In this document: one piece after another, positions 1-7,753 of the stretch
Numbering within the stretch: the stretch's first letter is position 1
Layout: every line of letters starts with the position of its first letter
Notes under the pieces: generated by a model
The model's input: only the letters and a program-made list of their open reading frames with translations
Database searches by the model: none
What the model was told of the DNA's origin: nothing
Program-made: the position numbers and the translations under genes
NCBI GenBank assembly: GCA_033442325.1
Contig: JAWQFM010000039.1
Coordinates: 1 to 8,284, forward strand
Direction of reading: 5' to 3'
Source of the DNA: Salpingoeca rosetta
Lineage: Eukaryota; Protista; Choanoflagellata
Length of the DNA stretch: 8,284 nt

Positions 1-553
1 ATCATGCCCGACTGGTGTTACGACGGAGAGCTTCTGCAGCCCGTCCTCTAGCACCAGAACACAACGGGCACGCCTCTTACGGGCCTGTTGTCACGCTGAC
101 CACCCCAGAGGTGCAGCCTCTGGCTTCAGCGCATCACAGGCACACATCACACCACAACCTAACACTCGGCACGACTATTCCACAGCGATGGTCACTCAGC
201 CATGCCTGCTCTCTGCACGACGGCTACCGTTGCAACGCCCGTCCTCTGACAGATTGCAAACAGGCACGCCTCACACGGGCCCGCTGTGGTCACGCTGCCC
301 AACTCACGGGGCCAGCCTCTGACCTCAAGGCACCACAGGCACACACTCACACACATCAACACCACACGCACCACACACTTGGCATGACCATTCCTCAGCG
401 GTAGTCACCTTGCCTTGCCCGCTTTCTGCACGACGGTGAAACTCAGCACAGCCCGTCCTCTGACAGTCAGCACATGGGCGCGCCTCAAACGGGCCTGGGT
501 CACGTTGTTCACCCTCACAGGTGCAGCCTCTGACTTCAGCGCACCACAGGCAA
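1..553 (+). repeat. Degenerate tandem repeat, ~200-214 bp unit, ~2.7 copies visible (may extend left of the window)
   Basis: GCCCGTCCTCT at 39, 237 and 451 (spacing 198 and 214). Collinear blocks ACGACGG, CGCCTC, CGGGCC, GTCACG, CAGCCTCTG and GCAYCACAGGCA occur in each copy. Confidence 0.9.
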
Positions 554-810
554 CTCTCCCTCAGGGGACACCACTTGCACACAACTAACCCATGCGACCT
601 CCAACATGCGTCACACACCCCTGTCTGTCTATCAGCACTGTGCATGCGCTTCAGGCTCACACAGGCGTATGACTGACCGCTACCATGGGACGAATGCAGC
701 AAGAAAGCCAAGCAGGAGCAGCATCCTACGAACACACAACACCACATACAGTCACACATTCACGCACGTGTCTTTTGTTCATGACTGGCACTTGCCACAG
801 CCTTGCCAAT

Positions 811-819
811 GCGGGGGAG
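811..819 (+). other. Polypurine tract (PPT) of E1
   Basis: GCGGGGGAG directly followed by the TGTTG LTR start, as is typical for copia elements. Confidence 0.85.
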
Positions 820-1036
820 TGTTGACGAAAGACATTGGCGCCCCTGTGTCACTTTGTGGTTTATTCATGTTCGACTTGCTTTCTTGTTTTCGTCCACTTC
901 CTCTACAAAATTTCCTCTTGTGTTCACCCACCAATACAATGGTCGACAACGCACATGAGAGAACAGCAACCACACAGCACACAGCCACACCATCACAGAC
1001 ACACACACACGCATACAGCCAGTCCATGTCTTAACA
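820..1036 (+). repeat. 3' LTR of E1 (217 bp)
   Basis: Starts TGTT right after the PPT and ends AACA (inverted termini). Position 1037 corresponds to E3 6364 on the opposite strand, and that similarity stops exactly at 1036/1037. Confidence 0.85.
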
Positions 1037-4000
1037 GCGTCATCGTCGCAGCATAGAGGAGGGAGCCAAGCAGCTCGCGGAACGGCACGTCCGGGAGTGG
1101 CTCCTCCTTTGTCGGCTGGCTTGTCGACGTAGCCCGTGCAGAGCGGCGTGCCGACGGGCTTGCAGTCAGCCATGCCGAAGGTCTCCAGCACGCTGCGCAG
1201 GTAGTGCTCCTGGCTCATGGTGACGGTCCTGGCCTTGCGGTCGTGCTGCACCTTGATGCCGAGACAAATGTCTGGGCTGCCCAGGTCCTTCATCTTGAAG
1301 CGCTTGGAGATGGCCTTCTTGAACGCGGCCATGTCGCTGTCGCTGTCGGCGAAGATGAGCAGGTCGTCCACGTAGACGGCAACCCACATCACCTTGCCAC
1401 CCTTGCAGGTGCGGCGGTAGATGCAGGCGTCCGTGGCTGTGGCGATGAAGTCCTGCTCGCGCATCCAGGCGTCCAGCGTGTGGTTCCACAGGCGCGGGCT
1501 CTGCTTCAGGCCATACAACCCGCGCTTGAGGCGCAGGACCGTATTCGGCGAGAAGATGCCGTCGACGGCCGGTGGCTGGACGTAGATCTCGTGATCCACG
1601 GGCGCGTTGAGGAACGCCGTGTTGACGTCCATCTGCTGGATGTCCATGCCACGCGCGACGGCCATGGCGAGCATGGTGCGGATGGCTGCGATGGTAGCCG
1701 TCGGGGCAAAGGTGTCCGTGTAGTTGACACCGTGGACCTGGGAGTAGCCTTTGGCAACCCAGCGCGCCTTGTACTTGATCACCTTGCCCTGGTCGTCACG
1801 CTTCCTCCGAAAGATGACCATGCTGCGGAGCAGCTTGTGGCCCTTGGGAAGGTCAGCGCGAGGCACGACGTCGTAGACGTCATTGGCCTGCATTGCCGCA
1901 AACTCGTCCAGGATGGCTTGGCGCCACTCCTCAGAGTCTGGCGAGGCAAGCGCCTCCTTGACGGTGGCTGGCTCAGCTGACGTGGCAACACTGCCAACAG
2001 CGATGTCTGGTAGATGACCACCCACTGCTGATGTCTTCTCCCCCGTACCAGCAGCGCTGGTGGCAACGTGACACGTGGTGGTTGAGCCACCAGAGGTGTC
2101 CTTGTCGCCGAGGGTCTCGGACACCAGCAGCTGGTCCCAGACGGAGCCGCCAAGGGCGCGTGGCTGGAGCTGCGGCTCCCCCGCACGTGGTGCAGTGGGA
2201 GCGCCGGTGGCACTGTCCTCGGTTGAACGCTGAGCGGTCTTATTGGCATGCGAAGCAGAGGCACCGCTGTTGTGCTCTTGCTGCTGCTGAGAGGAGGCGG
2301 CGTCCTTGTTCTTGATGGCGCCGAAGCGAGCGTGGATGGTGTGGACAACGCGTCGCGTGTCCGGCATCCAGACGACGTGGGCCTGGTCCTCCTCGGCGAA
2401 GCCGACGTAGACGCCGACGCGTGAGCGTGGGTCAAGCTTGTGCCGCGTGCTGCTCTTCTCCACATGCACGTAGGTCGGCGAGCCGAAGACGCGCAACAGG
2501 CTGACGTCGAAGGGGTGCCCAGTCAGGGCCTCGAACGGTGACTTGTCCTTGAGGCTCCTGCGTGGCGCGATGTTGTGCAGCAGCGTGGCGTGCTGCACGG
2601 CGAAGCCCCAGAACGGCTTGTCCAGGTCCGCAGCAAACAGCATCGTGCGCGCCGTCTCAAAGAGGGTGCGGAAGGTGCGCTCCGCGGATCCGTTCTTGGC
2701 CTGCGAGTGCGGTGGCGAGAAGCGCTGCTTGATGTCGAAGGCCAGGCACAGGTCGGTGAAGTCCTGGCTCTTGAAGACGGCGTCGCTGTCCGTCTGCAGC
2801 GTGGCGCCTCGGAGCGCGTTGATGACGTGACGGTCCTTGCGCAGCTGCTCCAGGGCCGCACCGACGTCGTTCTTGTGCCGGATGAGAAACGTCCAGGCGA
2901 AACGCGTGCAGTCGTCGATGAAGGTCAGCGCGTAGCGTGCACCTCGCAGCGACGTCTCCTCCAGCGGACCGGCGATGTCGGCGTAGAGCAGCTGGCATGG
3001 CCCAGCGCTACGTGGAGCAGACTGCTTTGGGATGGAGGCGCGCGTGCTCTTGCCAAGCGCACATGGTCCACAGGTGACGATGTGCTTGGAAGAGGCCTGG
3101 GCGATCTGCTGCCGGATGGCGTCAACGGCCGCGCTGCTGCGATGGCCTAGCACGTCGTGTGCAGAGGCGCCCTCGTCAGCATCCTCGGCTTCCCCGTCGC
3201 TGCTGTGCACGAGCTCCCCCGCAAGCGCCGTGGCTTGTTGGGAGGTCGTGGTGCTGGCGTAGAGGAAGAGATGGCCGGTGTCCTTGGACGGCAGCAGAGG
3301 CACGCTCCATGTGGCAAACTGGATGCGGCTGTCGTCCGCAGCAATGACGACGGAAGCACCACGACGCGCGCGAGTCACCAGGTTCAGCGCCAGAAGGTTG
3401 TACTTGATATCGGGGACATGCAGCACGTTCTTGAGCGTGATGGTACCTGGAGCGCCGTCTGTGCCAGTCACGCGGAGCACGGCGTCGCCCTTGCCAATGA
3501 CCGTGACGGCCTGGCTGTTGGCAACGGTGACGTGCTGCGTGACGGCGATGTAGTTGGTGAGGAGGGAGGCGTCGCTGGTGATGTGCGCCGTGGCACCGCT
3601 GTCAGCGAGCCACAGCTGTGGTGGCACTGGTCCGATGGCGTGGCCCTCCTCGCCCTCGGGCTGCAGCATGAGGGCATCGTGGTGGATGGCGAAGGTCTCC
3701 ACGCGCTGAGGGCCGTGGCTGACGACGGCCGCCTTCTTGAATGGAGCTGCTCCTCCGTGCTGCGGGCGAGAGGATCCTGGCCGCTTGCCGTTGCCGTTGC
3801 CGTGGTTGCGAAGCGTAGCCAGGATCTGCCGCACGTCGATGACGTGATGCCGCTTGGCCGCCTGCAGCTTGCGGCACTGCTGCGCGCAGTGGCCGCGGAA
3901 GTTGCAGAACGCGCAAGTCACGCGCTCTGCAGGTGGACAGCATGGTCCACCGCTCGTGTCGGAGGGCGACGTGCCAGTGTGCATCGGCGATGCAGCGAAG

Positions 4001-4911
4001 GAGCCAGAGCCTGGCCCACCGATGGCGAGCACAGGCGTGCGCTTCTTGGGACGATGCAGGCGGCGCTCCTCCTGAATGAGGTCCGCAGTCATCTTGGACA
4101 GCGATGGCGGCGGGTCCTCGCGCTCCATGAACCGCATCGCCACATCAAACTCCGCGGGGAGTTCATTGCGGACGAGGGTGCGCAGGTCGTCCTCCGGGAT
4201 GGACACGCCGGCAGCAAGGAGCTGCGAGTTGATGTCCGTGATGCGGGACATGAACGTGTCGACGGTGTCCGTGGGCAACCAGGTGGTCGAGGAGAGCTGC
4301 TGCCTGAGACGACTGACGTGGTCCTTGCCGCTGCGGATGTAGCGCTCGCGGAGGCGGCGCAGCGCAAGCACACCGGAGCGGCCACGGTTGTCGGTGATGG
4401 CCAGCCGCAGCGGGTGTCCCGTCAGGACGCCAAGGAGGAACGCGAAGATGGCTGCGTCAACCTGTGGATCACGGGGATCCAGCAGGCCAGAGGCTCGGGA
4501 CGCCACCTGCGCTCCTCCGCTCGGAGTGGCGGAAGAAGGGAGAGAGGAAGAGGAGGAAGATGGCTGAGCGCCGTGGTCGTCGCCATCGCCCTCGTCGTCG
4601 TCATCGTCGTCGTGGTCCCCCGCGTCGTGGCGGACGCCAGTGCGGCGAGGGCCGCGTTGAGCGCGGGAGCGAGTGCGGGGACCCGAAGCACCGTGGGTGC
4701 TTGGGCTCGGCGATGAGGCAGCTGCTGGAGCCTGCCCGTCTCCTTGGTGGTCAGCACCACCCTCGGCGATGATGCCAGCGTCGATGCCAGCGGCGATGAG
4801 CTTGGCCTCGACGGTGATGAAGAAGAGGTTGGCATCCTGCTCAGCGCCAGCGAAGACCTTGATGCCGTCTGCGCTAATTGGACTGGGTCTCATAATCTGT
4901 TGTAAGTTCAT
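1037..4911 (-). pseudogene. Copia gag-pol polyprotein (Gag, CCHC knuckle, aspartic protease, integrase, reverse transcriptase); frameshifted at ~1109 and cut at 1037
   Basis: ATG at 4911 (MNLQQIMRP). Zinc knuckle CAFCNFRGHCAQQC 3915-3874. Protease WLADSGA ~3612-3592. Integrase HDVLGH...CGPC ~3159-3061 and D(2979),D(2790)-35-E(2682). KLDPRS motif. RT motifs YKARWVAKG, QMDVNTAFLN, LYGLKQSPR and YVDD (1374-1363). One extra base at 1108-1110 relative to E3. Confidence 0.95.
4882..4897 (-). other. Primer-binding site of E2 (GATTATGAGACCCAGT), half-tRNA-Met type
   Basis: Immediately follows the LTR terminal CAACA. Its complement TGGGT-CTCATAA-TC reads as a tRNA-Met(CAT) anticodon arm and resembles the Drosophila copia PBS GGTTATGGGCCCAG. 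Confidence 0.8.
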
Positions 4912-4935
4912 GGTGATGGTGCTGTTGTTGGAGAC

Positions 4936-4936
<1 letters not shown>

Positions 4937-4966
<30 letters not shown>
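4937..4966. repeat. (TG)15 microsatellite in the 3' part of the E2 LTR
   Basis: Seen directly; counterpart of (CA)14 at 7687-7714. Confidence 0.95.
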
Positions 4967-4969
<3 letters not shown>

Positions 4970-5120
4970 AGTGTGCTGTGTGTTGTGTGGGAGATTGTCT
5001 TGGCAAGGGGAAGTTGTGTGTGTTTACTTGAGTTGTGAAGCAAACAAGGATGTAGGATGAATGAACATGAACTGAGAGACACTCTCACACATAGACAGAA
5101 AACTGGAGGAGAGAGAGAAG

Positions 5121-5205
5121 TGCCACGTGGCAAAACAACCAGAAACGCCCGTTTCTGGGCGCACGTGCACAGAAACGTTTACAGCAGAATTTGCTGACTC
5201 AGCAA
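5121..5205 (-). promoter_or_regulatory. Putative U3 enhancer of E2: TGCTGAGTCAGCA (AP-1 core/MARE-like), GCACGTGC (E-box), TGCCACGTGGCA (G-box/CREB3-like)
   Basis: Motifs at 5192-5204, 5161-5168 and 5121-5132; the same order recurs in the E3 U3. Function is inferred from consensus similarity only. Confidence 0.55.
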
Positions 5206-5235
5206 GCATTGACACTGGAACAGTGATGTCAACAC

Positions 5236-7077
5236 CAGCCACGCGCCCTTGGCGGTTCCGTCTGGGACCAGCTGCTGTTGTCCGAGACCCTCGGCGACAA
5301 GGACACCTCTGGTGGCTCAACCACCACGTGTCATGTTGCCACCAGCGCTGCTGGTACGGGGGAGAAGACATCAGCAGTGGGTGGTCATCTACCAGACATC
5401 GCTGCTGGCAGTGTTGCCACGTCAGCTGAGCCAGCCACCGTCAAGGAGGCGCTTGCCTCGCCAGACTCCGAGGAGTGGCGCCAAGCCATCCTGGACGAGT
5501 TTGCGGCAATGCAGGCCAATGACGTCTACGACGTCGTGCCTCGCGCTGACCTTCCCAAGGGCCACAAGCTGCTCCGCAGCATGGTCATCTTTCGGAGGAA
5601 GCGCGATGACCAGGGCAAGGTGATCAAGTACAAGGCGCGCTGGGTTGCCAAAGGCTACTCCCAGGTCCACGGTGTCAACTACACGGACACCTTTGCCCCG
5701 ACGGCTACCATCGCAGCCATCCGCACCATGCTCGCCATGGCCGTCGCGCGTGGCATGGACATCCAGCAGATGGACGTCAACACGGCGTTCCTCAACGCGC
5801 CCGTGGATCACGAGATCTACGTCCAGCCACCGGCCGTCGACGGCATCTTCTCGCCGAATACGGTGCTGCGCCTCAAGCGTGGGCTGTATGGGCTGAAGCA
5901 GAGCCCGCGCCTGTGGAACCACACGCTGGACGCCTGGATGCGCGAGCAGGACTTCGTCGCCACAGCCACGGACGCCTGCATCTACCGCCGCACCTGCAAG
6001 GGTGGCAAAGTGATGTGGGTTGCCGTCTACGTGGACGACCTGCTCATCTTCGCCGACAGCGACAGCGACATGGCCGCGTTCAAGAAGGCCATCTCCAAGC
6101 GCTTCAAGATGAAGGACCTGGGCAGCCCAGACATATGTCTCGGCATCAAGGTGCAGCACAACCGCAAGGCCAGGACCGTCACCATGAGCCAGGAGCACTA
6201 CCTGCGCAACGTGCTGGAGAGCTTCGGCATGGCTGACTGCAAGCCTGTCGGCACGCCGCTCTGCACGGGCTACGTCGACAAGCCAGCCGACAAGGAGGAG
6301 CCACTCCCGGACGTGCCGTTCCGCGAGCTGCTTGGCTCCCTCCTCTATGCTGCGACGATGACGCGCCCAGACATCTCAGCGGCTGTCTCCATCCTGTCTC
6401 GCCGTATGCAGCACTTCGGCATGGACCATTGGAAGGCTGCCAAGCACCTTCTTCGCTACATCAAGGGCACCTTGTCCTACACCATCAAGTACGCCGCCAC
6501 TGGCGACACCAGCAACGGCAGCACTGCCGACGGCGTGCTCTCAGCGTACTCGGATGCGTCGTTCGCCTCCGACGTTGACACGCGACGTTCCCGCACGGGC
6601 TTCGTCGTCTTCTGTTCCACGGGCCCCGTGTCCTGGAACTCCAAGCTGCAGGCCACCGTGGCCACAGCCTCCGCCGACGCGGAGTACATGGCTCTCGCAG
6701 CCACCGCACAGGAACTCATGTTCCTTCGCCAACTCCAGGAGGAGCTCACCGGCGCCGTCCTGTGCGAGCCCACGCTCGTCCACACGGACAACCAGCCGGC
6801 GCAGCGCGTTGCCGAACACGCCGCCTCGCGCATGCGGCACATCCTCGTCAAGTACCACTACATCCGCGAGTGCGTCGACACAAAGAGGATTGTGCTGAGC
6901 TACCTCGCCACGGAGCATATGATCGCAGATCTTCTCACGAAGATCCTCCCTCGGCCCAAGACGGCTCAGTTCTGCACGATGCTGTTCGACCAGCGTCCTC
7001 TGCCAGGCTGCCAGCCACGGGCCCGTCCTCATTCGGGCCGGTCGCCACGTCCTTCGACTCCGCGTCAGGACCTCTGA
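5236..7077 (+). pseudogene. 3' part of copia pol: reverse transcriptase + RNase H (frame open, 5' part displaced by the E2 insertion)
   Basis: Frame begins QPRALGGSVWDQLL at 5236 with no native start. RT YVDD at 6028-6039. TRPDIS tether. RNase H acidic residues in YSDASF, AEYMA, TDNQ and ADLLTK. TGA at 7075-7077. Confidence 0.95.
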
Positions 7078-7291
7078 GCGGCCGCGCACCACAGGACACG
7101 CCTTCACTCGGGCCAGCCTTCCACAACAGGCTGCGCACCACAGGCACCAACCATTTTCTTAAACGTGTTCCACAACACACGTCCTTACTCGCATCTCACC
7201 TACCTCTGCCCATGCCATTCCTACATGCATGACATCACCATCACCATCAATCACGTTTCAGAACGTCAACGCAGCAGAGAGGTAGGTCAAT

Positions 7292-7300
7292 GCGGGGGAG
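7292..7300 (+). other. Polypurine tract (PPT) of E3
   Basis: GCGGGGGAG directly before TGTTGACA, about 215 bp downstream of the pol stop. Confidence 0.9.
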
Positions 7301-7321
7301 TGTTGACAGGCAAGTCCTGCC

Positions 7322-7522
7322 TGCTGAGTCATCATTGACCTCCTTTCTTCACGACACCACAAATTTGCATTCACCTCTCTTGTGTTCTGGAATGTTCACG
7401 TGATTTCCCTCCAACCTGTTGCACGTGCAGTGTTTAGCTTGTGTGGTTGCTCGATGTTACATGCTCTTGCATGACACACCACATAACCACACACACAACT
7501 CTCAACAAACACTGCCACGTCA
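7322..7522 (+). promoter_or_regulatory. Putative U3 enhancer of E3: TGCTGAGTCAT, TCACGTGA, TGCACGTGCA, TGCCACGTCA
   Basis: Motifs at 7322-7332, 7396-7403, 7420-7429 and 7513-7522; bZIP/bHLH consensus-like. Confidence 0.55.
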
Positions 7523-7660
7523 CCACTTTGCGTTGTCGACAATTCTTGTCTTGTGTTCTGTTTCTTTCTGTTGGAGTGTTCATTCATCCTACATCCTTGT
7601 TTGCTTCACAACTCAAGTAAACACACACAACTCTCTCTTGCCAAGACAATCTCCCACACA

Positions 7661-7682
7661 ACACACAGCACACACAGCACAC

Positions 7683-7714
<32 letters not shown>
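7661..7714 (+). repeat. (ACACACAGC)3 plus (CA)14 simple repeats in the E3 LTR
   Basis: Seen directly. Confidence 0.92.
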
Positions 7715-7753
7715 AGTCTCCAACAACAGCACCACCACCATGAACTTGCAACA

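Larger units (their letters stand above)
1..1036 (+). mobile_element. E1: 3' end of a copia-type LTR retrotransposon (3' non-coding tail, PPT, 3' LTR), nested in E2
   Basis: The 20-mer CAATGCGGGGGAG|TGTTGAC at 807-826 is identical to the PPT/LTR boundary of E3 (7288-7307). The segment ends TTAACA at 1036, exactly where E2 pol sequence resumes. The tail repeats are homologous to the E3 pol-end region. No coding domain is visible in the window, so the copia call is indirect. Confidence 0.85.
1037..5234 (-). mobile_element. E2: Ty1/copia LTR retrotransposon, 5' LTR through RT; interrupted by E1 before RNase H
   Basis: 5' LTR TGTTG...CAACA, PBS and a single gag-pol ORF with copia domain order PR-IN-RT. 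Confidence 0.96.
4898..5234 (-). repeat. 5' LTR of E2 (337 bp)
   Basis: Minus strand starts TGTTGACA at 5234 and ends CAACA at 4898. Region 4898-5067 aligns with 7577-7753 of the E3 LTR, and homology ends exactly at CAACA in both. Confidence 0.92.
5235..7753 (+). mobile_element. E3: 3' half of a copia element of the E2 family (IN-RT linker, RT, RNase H, 3' UTR, PPT, 3' LTR); interrupted by E2
   Basis: 5235-6364 is ~98% identical to the reverse complement of 1037-2167. It starts abruptly next to the E2 LTR terminus and ends CAACA at 7753. Confidence 0.95.
7301..7753 (+). repeat. 3' LTR of E3 (453 bp)
   Basis: TGTTG...CAACA termini. The 3' 177 bp match the E2 5' LTR, including ACCATGAACTTRCAACA. 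Confidence 0.92.

Noticed and set aside
1-553. CRISPR-like repeat/spacer array
   Set aside because: Units are ~200 bp and degenerate with homologous 'spacers'. The context is a eukaryotic retrotransposon with no cas genes.
15-1056. Small ORFs in the E1 tail and LTR, considered as an env-like or extra gene
   Set aside because: Low-complexity His/Thr or Cys/Val translations of CA/TG-rich DNA; frame is not preserved between repeat units.
3157-4716. 519-aa plus-strand ORF and other long antisense ORFs (1204-1980, 2575-3150, 5422-6198, 6541-7107)
   Set aside because: Shadow frames of GC3-rich gag-pol codons, with no recognisable domains and mostly non-ATG starts.
4861-4900. tRNA-Met gene
   Set aside because: Only an anticodon-arm fragment is present, with no acceptor or T arm. 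It is the complement of the PBS.
865-5133. 1422-aa ORF taken at face value
   Set aside because: The first 74 aa are translated LTR/microsatellite from a non-ATG start. The last ~80 aa come from the frameshift at ~1109 and run-on into the E1 LTR. The real frame is 4911 to ~1110.
1037-6364. Foldback/TIR DNA transposon or assembly-chimera explanation for the long inverted repeat
   Set aside because: The arms differ by mostly synonymous substitutions and their ends coincide with LTR termini, which nested insertion explains directly.
6988-7095. HDV-like ribozyme (CCG-TCCTCATT-CGG as P3/L3, GACCAGC/GCCGGTC as P1)
   Set aside because: P1 has a mismatch, there is no GG for P1.1 and no convincing P2, and the fold is not reproduced in the E1 copies. 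A descriptor search would be needed to exclude it fully.
7321-7345. Hammerhead-like CTGCTGAGTC...GAC
   Set aside because: The core is CTGCTGA rather than CTGANGA and no GAAA follows stem II; better explained as an AP-1/ARE-like site.
7553-7753. Apparent N-terminus of a 231-aa protein fused to E4 Gag
   Set aside because: GTG start inside the E3 LTR. The His/Thr runs are translated CA repeats, and the in-frame join is coincidental.
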